Source: Octopus vulgaris (taxonomy: Eukaryota). Taken from it: DNA of 64,000 nt. The notes below the pieces were generated by a model that saw only the letters and a list, made by a program, of their open reading frames with translations, was not told where the DNA came from and made no database searches. The stretch spans positions 10,044,001 through 10,108,000 of the forward strand of contig OX597819.1 in assembly GCA_951406725.2 (NCBI GenBank). The letters run 5' to 3'. This document shows positions 24,701 through 37,727 of the stretch, in pieces. The stretch's first letter is position 1. Every line of letters starts with the position of its first letter. Both the position numbers and the translations under genes were made by a program.

Positions 24701-27700
24701 GAGTCGAGACAGATGTCGTCAGCTGACCGGTGTCTGCTACTCTAGGCCGACGAAGGACAATCATCCTGAAACACGTGTCCCTGGATGCAGCCTGGGCAAC
24801 TGGGGGTATTTATCTCCCCTTCGTAAATGTATATAAGGACACAGGAAAAATGTGTCAAAGCCGTCAGGAGGCGTCGATGCTTCCTAGGGCTAAACAGTGG
24901 TGGTGTACCTCCTACTGTCACGTTCGTGTTAGATTGACAGTATACAACCATTCTATACTAAAAGGACTCTCAAAAATTAAAAACACATCTGCCTTTTAAT
25001 TATTTTGAGTCCTCAGCAGATTGTGAGGCCCCAAGCTGTGGCATGACTGGCTTATCCCTGCATGCACAACCTAATTAGAGAGAGAGAGGAATATTATGGA
25101 GTTCACCAATTCTAAATGAATAAGACACCTAGACATAACTACTGAGGATTCTCAGTAATATTAGGTGAGTTTTTCAGGTATATTTATATTCTAAGGCAAA
25201 ACATATGTACGCACACATGTATATATACACATGTTAGTTGTTGTTGGTTTAATTTATGAAATAATGTTAATTTTTACCTTTGAAAGTGTACCTTGATTGT
25301 AGTCATCTAAGGGACAAATTGTTTCATATAAATTTTCTTCATAGCGATCTGTAAAAAGTAACATTCCATTACAGAATTTATTATCAGGGTCAAGATTTAT
25401 ATAATTTATAAGCAATAGTAAGATGAACAAAAAAAAAAAAAAAAAAACAATTTATGTATGTGTATGTTTGTGTGAGAAAATATATCTTTAAATGCAAGTG
25501 TGCATAATTATGTATCATGACACAGTTATTGTTAAAAGCCTACGTATAAACTTGCTTTTTGAAAGGAATAGGCTACTGTGGATTAAGCCAATCAAATGAT
25601 CTAATTGACACTTTTATAAAACTTTAAAATACAACATTAGTGTAAAGTGAACTTAAGGTAAAATGAAGTAGCGAAGTAGATGCCATAACGTATCTAGTGT
25701 TGCCATAGGTTGTTTTCCTTAACACCAACAAACAATGTTGACTTAACATTTAAAGCAGCTATATCAGGCCAAAACATTCTGTCTGTTTTATGCCCAAACT
25801 GGTTTGATCCAGCCTTTCACACCTACCCTACAATGTCATTCTAAAAAGAAACAATCACATCATTGAAATCTTGAAGCTATGAGATAATGCATGATTAATT
25901 CAAAACAATGTGAATAAATAAGCATTATATCTGACAGAGTAATCTCAATGCTAAAAAGTTTAAAATGTTGAGAGAGTGAGTGAGAAGTTCTGCACAAACT
26001 CATTACAATAGAGAGTAATTTAAGTGTCATTTAAGAGTGAATTGGTTTGCTGAGGATTTCTTAGATAGTCATAACAGGCAAACTAATCAACTGCTTTTAC
26101 CAGTACTTCTAAAATTGGTAGGCATACATAAACAGTAGGTTAGATATCTCTAAAAGACTATGAGGAGTAGAATTTAAAGAAATGGATATAGTTAACTATT
26201 TAATTGAACAAATAATCCACAACAGCTGATGTTATTAAACTAAATAGTTCTAAGTGAAAACAGATCATTATATGCTAGCCATACTGAAATTGAAGAGGTC
26301 ACTGGCAATAACAAATGTTTTCTGATTTCAGTTTAGCAATTCTAAATCCATTTTTTAATGTTACAATGTGTTGGGTATTTTCCATTCAGGGAAGTAAATT
26401 GTTTTAAGAGCTGAATGCCCTTCCTATTGCCAACCGCTCAACCAAGCTGTCAGGCAAACTGAATCACCAGAATTATGTGTTTTATCTATGACTAGGGAAC
26501 AGAAGTGGAGGCGCAATGGCCCAGTGGTTAGGGCAGCGGACTCGCGGTTGTAGGATCGCGGTTTCGATTCCCAGACCGGGCGTTGTGAGTGTTTATTGAG
26601 CGAAAACACCTAAAGCTCCACGAGGCTCCGGCAGGGGATGGTGGTGATCCCTGCTGTACTTTTTCACCACAATTTTCTCTCATTCTTACTTCCTGTTTCT
26701 GTTGTACATGTATTTCAAAGGGCCGGCCTTGTCACTCTCTGTGTCACGCTGAATATCCCCGAGAACTACGTTAAGGGTACACGTGTCTGTGGAGTGCTCA
26801 GCCATTTACACATTAATTTCACGAGCAGGCTGTTCCGTTGATTTGGATCAACCGGAACCCTCATCGTCGTAACCGACGGAGTGCTTCCACCACTAGGGAA
26901 CAGAATACTTGACAGCACAGTTATTACATTTGAAAATATACATTAGCTATGTGTTGCTGGCATACAAACAAAATTCATAAGTTGATATATATTTTTAGAG
27001 ATGTTTACTTTAAAGCAATGTAAAGAGTATCTTTATTAGATTGACAATAAAACATGTGCGTTAATATTGTTAGTACTACATATTATGAATATAATTACGA
27101 AATTAGCTTTTTAAGAAACAAGAATTAATTTACACAATTTAGAAATGTAAAAACAAAACAAATGGAACCTGGATAAAAACAATGCATAAGTCAAACAAAG
27201 CAGAACAAAAGTAGTAGAAAGGCTCAGCTCGGCAACAAAATGAACAAGAAGCAAAAACAATAAAGATATTTCCCAACAGTAAATAGAAGCCCCCAATGAA
27301 GGAATATCAAGAAAAAAAAAATGATAAATTAAGAAGAAACATGCAATTTGCAGCAATATACCAACAGTGGCTAACTGTAAAGCAAATGGCTGAAAGAAAA
27401 AGCATGAGGTAATGCTAATGATTAAATTCAATCACAGGAAGGATGTTTTGAAACATTAATATACTATTATAGCATGTGAGATAATGCTTGATATCTGCTT
27501 CAACAATAAATACTAGGGAGGGGGAGAAGAAACACTGACTGTCTGACTGTAACAAAAAAAAAAACACCAAAAAAAAAAAGCATGCCATTTAATGGCCAAG
27601 CTAAAAAAAAATACTAATATTAAAATGCAATTTTTTTTTACTTTGGAAACTATTGTTAATATTATTTTTCCTAAATTAGGATCAAAATAAAATTAAGACT

Positions 27701-30700
27701 TAATTTTAATTCAAACGAAAATGTTTTGTTGGGGAAAGACGTGAAATAATAGTGATCGTTCTTAGGAAACGACATTTTATCTTGTTTCATCATAAACTAG
27801 GGAAATGTTTATAAGAGAAAGCAATTAATTAATGGAAGTGGTTGCAGATGATGATTATTTTATTGAACCATAAGTTGGATGACAGTCAAAGCTGACCATG
27901 GTATGATTTAGACTCAACAAGGGGAGGGGGGCATCTAAGTGTTTATCTAAAAAAAAAAAAGTATCACATTAATTTGGAAATTCTAAATTAAAATGAAGGA
28001 TGGGTCAATTTCTTTATGCATTTTTTTCTTTCTTACTTATTGCCATGGTCAGTAGCATGTTATTAAATACACAAGGTGTATGCATGAGAAAGAGAGAATC
28101 TTTTATGAACATATTGAGAATGTTGAAATATAGCTGGATATCCATCTCCAAAAACAACAACCTAAAATGTTTTTATGGCAAAAATAGCTAGATTTTTTTT
28201 TAAAAAAAGAATTATCTTAATATAATAGATATAAAGAACTTATTATTCAAAACAAAATAAAAAGGGAGTTATAATTCACAACATACATGGGGAACGACAA
28301 AATGAAACAAATTTTAAAAAAATACTTCAAACACTTGGTAAAAACATGGACACAAAAGTAAAAAAAAAAAAATATTAAAAGAGTTTATAAAGCGTGTCTG
28401 GACGTAACGAAAAAAACCACTAGCGCAACGATTGATGTGTATCCAACAAAACGTGTTTGTTGGCAATAAACTGTTTACTTACGGGGAGGCGAGCCTACAT
28501 TATCACTGTCTGATAAAGGTGGACTAACGATGCATGTACTGCTCTCCATTGTTGGAGAGCGACATTTCTTTTTAAAAGAACGAGGTTTCCTTCTAACGAG
28601 GAGCTCATCGCCTGTGCCCTCACTGCCATCAGAAGGCGACTGGCTGCGAACTGGCAGGAGAAGAAAACAGACACACATGAAACCTACCTGAAGATCGACA
28701 CATACAGGAATAAAAAAAAAACAAAAAGGTATGGAAAACTCACAACTTGGGAAAATAGAACAACGAAATAGTGATAACACAGACAGGCACTGGACATCCA
28801 CACAAAGATACACCAAAGAAACACTTAGGAATGGACAAGTATAATCCATGCATATACTAAGTTTCTTTATAGATTAACTTATTCATCAACACAAGAATTA
28901 AGAGAAATATTTAAGAAACAAAATTTAGTAATTGATTAATTAGAATGATTTACATTAGAGTGCACAGTAAAAGTCTATATAAGATGACTATATCACAAAA
29001 TAACCAATCAATGATGGAGACACAAAAAAAAAAAACAAAAGTTATTTTTCAGAAATGTCTGAAACATTAGAACAACAATGAAATAAAAACAGGTGAGTAA
29101 GAACAAAAAGACAAACAGAAGCCAGGTGAGAGAGTTATAAAAATATAATTACCTGGTACCCACACTAAATCTGGCAGCCCATATAGTTTGTGTTTCTGTT
29201 TGTCTGTATTACCAAGCAAGATAAAGGCAGATATTTAATTAAACTCTAAGAGTTGGTAAAATGGCTCAAGTTTTGTTAGTAACTTAAAACAGACCAACTT
29301 AAACAGCTACAAACAAGAAAAGAATTCCATCAATGGACACGTCTCTAAGAAGAAACAAAACCAACAAAAAATTCTTGTTAGAAAACCAATTCTTATTAAC
29401 CAGGATAAATTAAACACCAATATTTTAAGCCAGTAAAAAAAAAAAAAAAATGAAAATTAAACCACCCCTAAAATCTCAGCAATTCCTGATAGGTACATAC
29501 TGAATACAATGTTCAGTAGGAAGCTGTACTGAATTATATCATCTTACAGACATCTATAGGCAGATCTGCCTCAATGGTTGAGTAAGCCAGAAAATTTCGT
29601 TATCAGAAATGAATGTTGAGGATGGTAATGGGTTTCAGAGATTCAAACAGATAAAAAGTATCGTTAAAACATGAAACACAGTTAATGTGAATATTTTAAA
29701 GAAAAACAAACATTCTTTTTTGAATTGTCTGTAGACACTGCATTGAACTAGCGATATAAAAGCAATGAAACAAACACATTACATTATCTAATCTTTCATT
29801 TCTCATTCAAGAGTATTTTCAGCTGTAGACATTTAATGTGGATATAATTTAAAGCTATATCGACAGTATATTTTATGGCATGGTGAACTATTTGATGTCT
29901 TGTTTAGATAGTAACATACACTAGTTTAGATATTAACATACACTAGTTTTATGTCACTTCCCACACTTTATTCAGCGAGAAGATTTTAGTTGTGGGTATT
30001 TCTAAACAACAGTACTTCAAGCATTGTATCAGTATATACATATATATTAACAAATATAAATACATACATGTATATCCTTATAGAAACCTGATTAACAAAG
30101 AGGAAAAGGATCCCATCAACTTTAAACGAAGTCTGGATAGATTCCTTCAAAGAATACCAGATAAGCCACCCATAATTGGATACAACTCACCCAACAAGAA
30201 CTCACTACTTGAACAAAACTTGATACAACTCACCCAACAAGAACTCACTACTTGAACAAAACTTGACTCAAACAGGATTCGAATAATCCTATCAGGTGGT
30301 GCTATTAAGTTAGACATGGCCTGGACCAATCTTTGGTCAAAACATATCTAAGTTATATATGTACCCACACATATATGTATATATAAAGCACTCATGCCAG
30401 AGCCCCATAGAAAGCACTTGAGTAAGTGCCACATAAAACCAACAGCAGTGATGGAACGCTTGCCGTAACAACAGCTAAGGTTCCATCACAGGACTCTGCG
30501 ATGTAAAACCTGCTTTTCCTTGTGATCACTGGTCATCACACTTTGGCCTGCCACTTGATATGAATCAAAGTGCGGTCCTTGTGTTGAACAAGCATTTATC
30601 ACTCTAACCCAATGACATACAAATGTATCTTTACAGTGACTGCATGTGTCATTCAATCTACTGAAAGCACTGTGCCAATGGGAGCGGGGCAATGGGTGCA

Positions 30701-33700
30701 GACCAAACCAGTGAGAAGGTTCGTCTTCAAGTCAAAAGCGTTTCAAATTACCAAACGAAATGGCCTGATCGAAACAGTGAAAGTCATACTTTTTTGTCTG
30801 ACATCTTTAAACCATATAGCCTGACATATATGTCAGGCTTCTTTCAGTTTCCGTCTACCAAATCTACTCACAAGGCTTTGGTCAGTTCGAGGCTATAGTA
30901 GAAGATACTTGCCCAAAGTGCCACACCATGTGGTTGGTAAGCAAGCTACTTACCACACAACCACTCCTGCACCTATATATATATATATGTATGTATATAA
31001 ATCAGGTGATATTCAGTTACATGAGAATTAAAGTACTTTGCATATAATATAAGCTATATAGTATAGTAAGTTAATGTGATACATGGAGTTAGTATACTAT
31101 ACTATGAATATTCCTGCCCAATTAGTCAAACTTCACCATGGTTTTAGTAATTCTATTTATCCCTTTGTACAGTGTCCCCAAACTCCTGAACATATTATTT
31201 TTATAAAGGCTTTTATGTAAGTAGCCCTCCTAATTAAGTACCCCCAAGAAACTATATCATCATGTATGTATTAACAGCGGGAACTTTTAAAACTTATACC
31301 TCTCAGTTTATAATTAATATATAGTTGGCATGTTCCATAGCCTCAATATTGCTCTAGTAAATACCAGGTATCAGTCTTTATATATACTACCTAATAAATA
31401 ATTTTAGTTTAAATTATTGAATTATTAAACAAATGCTATACAATCTTCTCTTCTCTTTTGATGATAATACGGTATATATACTTCATCTTGATTTTTAGTG
31501 ATTAAACTATATATTACTTTCTATGGCGTTCTCATCATCATTGTTCGACCGTGGTCGAGACAATGGAATTTACCATGCTATACCAGACTTCACGGTCCAT
31601 CATGGCATTACGGAGGTCCTGTTGCTGGATGCCTGTATCCCTGGGTAGGAGAATGTGTGCCCTCTGGTATTGCGAGTAGATGGCTTCCAGAGGAGAAGAG
31701 TAGAAATTACCTCTTTTTCAGCTCTACAACAATGTCCAGCAAACTGGACTCTCTTACCTTTCACAAGAGATGACACAGGTGGTAGTTTCCCATATATTTG
31801 CATTTTGGTTGGATGGTGCTTCCACGAGAGATTTTGAGTTCTCATAAGGAGGTGAGTGTAGGTCCATCCAACCGCATCTCAAGCTTCTTTGATAATGTCC
31901 AGGTTTCTGAGCCATATAGTAGAATTGGTTCGACTGTGGCTTTGAAGATTTCAAGTTTGAAGTCTCTACTTAGATGGCGTTCTACCCTACTGATCATATT
32001 ATTATTTTCATTATAGCTTTTATGTAAGTAAACCTCCTAATTTTGTACCCCTAGAAATTTATATTAGCTTATATATAACAGCACCGGTAATTTCACAACT
32101 TATAATATGCCTCTTAGATTATAATTATTATATAGTTAGCATGTTCTATTGCCCTGGTATACTTTTATTAAATGCCAGCGATCAATTCTTCATAGATACC
32201 ACCTAATAAGTAAATATTTAAGTATAATGAATAAATATTAAACTAATTCTATGTAATTTTTTTTTATCTCTCTCTATTGTTGTAAATTTTGGTATATACT
32301 CAAAATTATTCAAAAATTTATCCTTTTTGGTTATAATATTTTCTTAATATTTTTTCTCGATAACCCTAAATTCTGTCTTTATACACTATAAATATATTGT
32401 TTAAATCATTCAACTATACTCTTTTACTTGTTTCAGTCATTTGACTGCGGCCATGCTGGAGCACCGCCTTTAGTCGAGCAAATCGACCCCGGGACTTATT
32501 CTTTTGTAAGCCCAGTATTTATTCTATCGGTCTCTTTTGCCGAACCGCTAGGTAACGGGGACGTAAACACACCAGCATCAGTTGTCATGCAATGCTAGAG
32601 GGACAAACACAGACACACATATATATATATACACATATATACGACGGGCTTCTTTCAGTTTCCGTCTACCAAATCCACTCACAAGGCTTTGGTCAGCCTG
32701 AGGCTATAGTAGAAGACACTTGCCCGAGGTGCCACGCAGTGGGACTGAACCCGGGACCATGTGGTTGGTAAACAAGCTACTTACCACACAGCCACTCCTG
32801 CGCCTATAATATTTTCTTAATATTTTTTCTTGATAACCCTAAATTCTGTCTTTATACACTATAAATATATTGTTTAAATCATTCAACTATAGAACCCCTT
32901 GATAAATATTTCCCCTGTATTTTCATCATTGGTTGCCCCCTTAACTGGTAATTAACATCTTGTTTTAAGATCTTCCTTTACCAAACCTCATTTTAGCCAG
33001 TTACTTTATACTGCTTCAAAATAATCTTGACAAGTTTTATAACTATAACCACTGAGATTCTCTCAACTCACTAATGCCCTTTTCAGCAGACTCCATATCT
33101 TTCTCTTTTTCACATCTTTCTTCCTCCCTTTCATATGTTCCTCCTCTACTCGCTTCTCTTTCCCTTCCTTTCTCTCTCTCAACATCTACCTCTCCTCCTG
33201 TCACCTCACCTTCTCCCTCATATACTTCTCATTTTCCCCCCTCTTCTCATTCTGTTTCTCCCTTTCCCTCATATCCTTCATCCTTTCCTATCTCACCCTC
33301 ACTCTGTCTCCCTTCCTCTCCCTCCCTCTGTCTCGCACTCCTTTCTCTTTCCTTCATATCACTTCTCTCTTACCTTCATACATCCCTTTCTCCCCCCCCC
33401 CCGTTTCTTCTTTTCTCTCTATCTCTTCCTCTCTATTCTCTACTCCCCCCTCTGGGCATAAAAAACGAAGATAGCACCAAAGTGGGAGAAGAAAGTATTG
33501 AATCTTCTGTTGCAAGCATGGATGATTGCTAGCAGCGATCTGCCAAACAACATCATCACTGCTGCATTGAAAAACAATGGCTTTTGTAGAACCATTGATC
33601 AGATAGAGTGGAAGAAAAATGAATTCATCCAATCCTCTATGCTTATCAGAACCACACATTGACACCCTGGATGTGATAATGGAAAACTATTGCGGCAAGG

Positions 33701-36700
33701 TTGATAAGGATAGAGAAAAGGAAACAAAACCCAGAAGTCTCTTTGATTCAGTGGTTCCTCAAAAGAATACATCCCCCACCCCTGTGAACAACCAGGCAGA
33801 AAAGGATAGGGGATCCAAGGAAGCAGCATCCAGAAGCCTCTCTGTGCCAGTGGTCCTACAAAAGAATGGAATCCTCACACCATTCGACAGAGGAAAGAAA
33901 TTCCCACCACAAGAAAAGGAAGGACAGAACATGAACAAAAACATAAAAAAACAGAAAGGGGGGGAAAAAGGAAAAGGCAAAAATGAAATAACCAAAACCG
34001 AAACCCCAACCCACCAAACAAAAAACAGAAAGCCCCATGGAGGATCCAATGCAATCCAAAACAATAGTGGAGAGAAGAAATTTGAAGGGCACTCAAGGAC
34101 CTCCAAATTTTACCTGCAAGGCAAATGATGGCGAAAACTGCCAGTTTGCTCACCGGAGACCCCGCCAAAACTAGAGGCCTTTAGGAGAAAAACTTCCCTG
34201 AGGAAAGATACCAATTGTCTCCAAAGAAAAATATACAAAAGAAGTGTACTCTTCAGAGGTTATGCGCAAGGCAGCAGCTGACCTGGCTACACCAGGCACA
34301 AACAAAGAAGGGCAAGAACACCAGTCAACAGACACAGGATGGCCTCAAGGCCACGTGTGTAAAGTAGAATATAACGCAACAGGTACACTAGCTGAAAAAA
34401 AGCACTCATAACACAGGCATTTAAATCAATTTTTACAATCTAGCCGTCCTTTACAGGCAGAATTTCATCTTCCTGAACTGATTTACCCTGAAGTGGCTTA
34501 TATATAATTGAACTGTGATTATGTATATCAGAAAACACACACACATATATATATTTCTTTACTGCCCACAAGGGGCTAAACATAGAGGGGACAAACAAGG
34601 ACAGACAAGGGGATTAAGTCAATTACATCGACCCCAGTGTGTAACTGGTACTTTATTTATCGACCCCGAAAGGATGAAAGCAAAGTCGACCTCGGCGGAA
34701 TTTGAACTCAGAACGTAACGGCAGACGAAATACTGCTAGGCATTTCGCCCAGCGTGCTAACGTTTCTGCCAGCTCACACACACACACATATATATATATA
34801 AGCCAAAACAATTTGTTGGACTTTTACCGTTTTTTTAATTATTTATATAATATGATGTTATGTTTTATGTTATATATTATATTCACAGTATCTAATGTAA
34901 TATTGTAATATAAATAAATTATTGAATATCAATAGAATATCTCTATATTTAATCTATCCTTTATATATATATATATATAACATATAATCATATATAATTT
35001 AAATAATCAGAAAAAGGAGAAAACAAATTGGACCACTATCTCTATCTATCTATCCGCTCAGTCGAAGTCGACTCTCGGTTACTCATTGGATCAGTTTCCT
35101 TCAGTCAGTTCTATCCTGGGCCGCTTCTTTCAGATTGGCTATGTCCATTCTGGTATCTCTCTTGATGGTGTCAAGCCAGCGGGTTCTTGGTCGGCCTCTT
35201 CCTCTCTTGCCACTGACCATTCCGAGCATGATGGACCACATCTGTAGATTATTTTCTAATACAAAACGTGACAAAACCTATCTCTTATATTTTTTTTTTT
35301 TACTTGTTTCAGTCATTTAACTGCGGCCATGCTGGAGCACCGCCTTTAGTTGAGCAACTCGACCCCGGGACTTATTCTTTGTAAGCCCAGTACTTATTCT
35401 ATCGGTCTCTTTTTGCCGAACCGCTAAGTAACGGGGACGTAAACACAGCAGCATCGGTTGTCAAGCGATGTTGGTGGAGGGACAAACACAAACACACATA
35501 TATATATACATAAATACGACAGGCTTCTTTCAGTTTCCGTCTACCAAATCCACTCACAAGGCATTGGCCGGCCCGGGGCTATAGCAGAAGACACTTACCC
35601 AAGATGCCACGCAGTGGAACTGAGCCCGGAACCATGTGGTTGGTTAGCAAGCTACTTACCACACAGCCACTCCTGCGCCTATATCTGTATCACTGTTCCA
35701 GCCATTTGACTGCAGCAATGCTGGAGCACCACCTTTTAGTTAAACAAATTAACCCCTCCATAACATCATGACTAATACTCCATGAACACTATAAAGGCTG
35801 TAAGATTTGACAGGGGCAGCTGCAGCAGAGATTAGGGAGCTGTAGGGATACAGGCAGGGACACAGCATATGTTCTCACTACATCTGCATGCTTAAGTTCA
35901 TCCAACAACTGATGAACAGGGCCTCCAGCTCAATTCAGACGGCTATATGAAACTACTGGGGGTTGTGGTCAATTCCTGGTTAGAATCAGTTGCTGATGGA
36001 AGGCCACAGGTGTGTCAGCAGGATCCAGCTGTTTGCCATATGTATAGAAAGAGCCAGAAGAGAAATTCTGACTTCAGCTCCAATTTCTGGCTGAGGAGAT
36101 GTTTAACCCTTTAGTGTTTAAACCGGCCCTATCAGGCCAAAATTGTCTTCCTGTTTTATGCTCAAACCAGCCATCTCTGACCTCTCACACCTACCCTACA
36201 AAGTCATTCTAAAAATAAACAGGGACATCATCAAAATCTCAGAGTTACAAGATGCTGTACAATTAATTTAAAACAATGTAATTAAACAGGCTTTACATTT
36301 GACAGAGTAATCTGAATGCTCCAGGGTTAAAGATCTCCCCAAGACACAACGAGGAACACATGTACCAGGTTCTGGAGTTGTTATGAGGCTATGGTGGAAG
36401 CTAAGGGCAGCTATTTTGAGTAAACTTTTATCTCCAAGCCATAATCTAGTTGATATTTTGAAATACGTTAATTTATGGATGGGATGTTATGTTTTCTTTC
36501 CCTTTTATACCATGTTTACATAACACTGAAGATAATAATAATAATAATAGTGATGATGATGATGATGATAATAATAATAATAATAATAATAATAAATGCC
36601 CTGATGCAGTACCAGGCAGTGGCTTTCATGGCTTCTGATCTTAACTGATTGGAAGTGTTATCATGTACGTTGTTTTGTCTTGGTATAAAAGATGGGCTAC

Positions 36701-37671
36701 AGCAAATATTCTGCTCAATACCACAGATTTGCTTGTCAGTTGTTTGACCGTAACCAGTTGAGCATGTCCCTTAGTGGCTGACGATATGTGCATCTCTGAT
36801 CACGAGCAGAAGTAGTGGGGGATCATCATAGCCATGTGCTGAGAGGGATTCTTTGGGGTTTGAATAATTCACCTTTGGAAACATGGGTGGTTCTTTCAAC
36901 ATCTTTAAACAACCCTTATTCAGGGACCTTTCGAGTGGGATGGGTTACTCGACCTGAAGAAAATTCTAACTGGGCCTCACCTGCAAGGTCATGTGCTGTT
37001 TATTTTGATATGAGATCACCATGTCGCGCACATATGGTTGTGATGCATGTGCCTAGTGTACCCTGATCAGACGGGTAGTTATGATGGGTATACTGGGCTT
37101 CGTATATTTTACCCCAGTGTCACTTTGATGGCATGAACTGCTCTCTCACTCAATAATAATAATAGTAATAAAAGTAATAATAATGGTTTCAAATTTTGCC
37201 ACAATGGCAGCAATTTTGGGGGAGGGGATGTTTTGATTACATCAACCCCAGTGTTCAACTGGTACTTTATTTATTGACCCCGAAAGGATAAAAGGCAAAG
37301 TTGACCTTGGTGGAATTTGAATTGAGAATATAGCGGCAAACAAAATACCGCTAAGCATTTAGCCTGGCATGCTAACAATTCTGCCAGCTCTCTACCTTGG
37401 TAATAATAGTAATGATGACAATAATACTAATAATGTAAACAATAATGATGATAATAATATAATAACAATAATAATAATATATACTGTATTATGGTAAACA
37501 ATAAACAAAGCAATGGCAGCAATAATTCTTACTGAATCAAAAATGAAAAAAATATTTATTTTGTTAAATAATTAGAATCAAAATGATATTAATTAAAAGA
37601 TTAAAAATGTAATTAAAAATTAATAATTTTAAGTTTAAAGTTAAAAAGAAGAAAAAGCAACAACATGCAAA

Positions 37672-37727
<56 letters not shown>

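Noticed and set aside
24730-24999. 89-aa and 69-aa ORFs across the GC-richer insert
   Set aside because: No recognisable protein features; the composition is explained by the structured hammerhead-containing repeat.
26505-26582. tRNA gene
   Set aside because: The tRNA-like sequence is the head of a SINE with body, tail and TSD; it lacks a clean cloverleaf and terminator.
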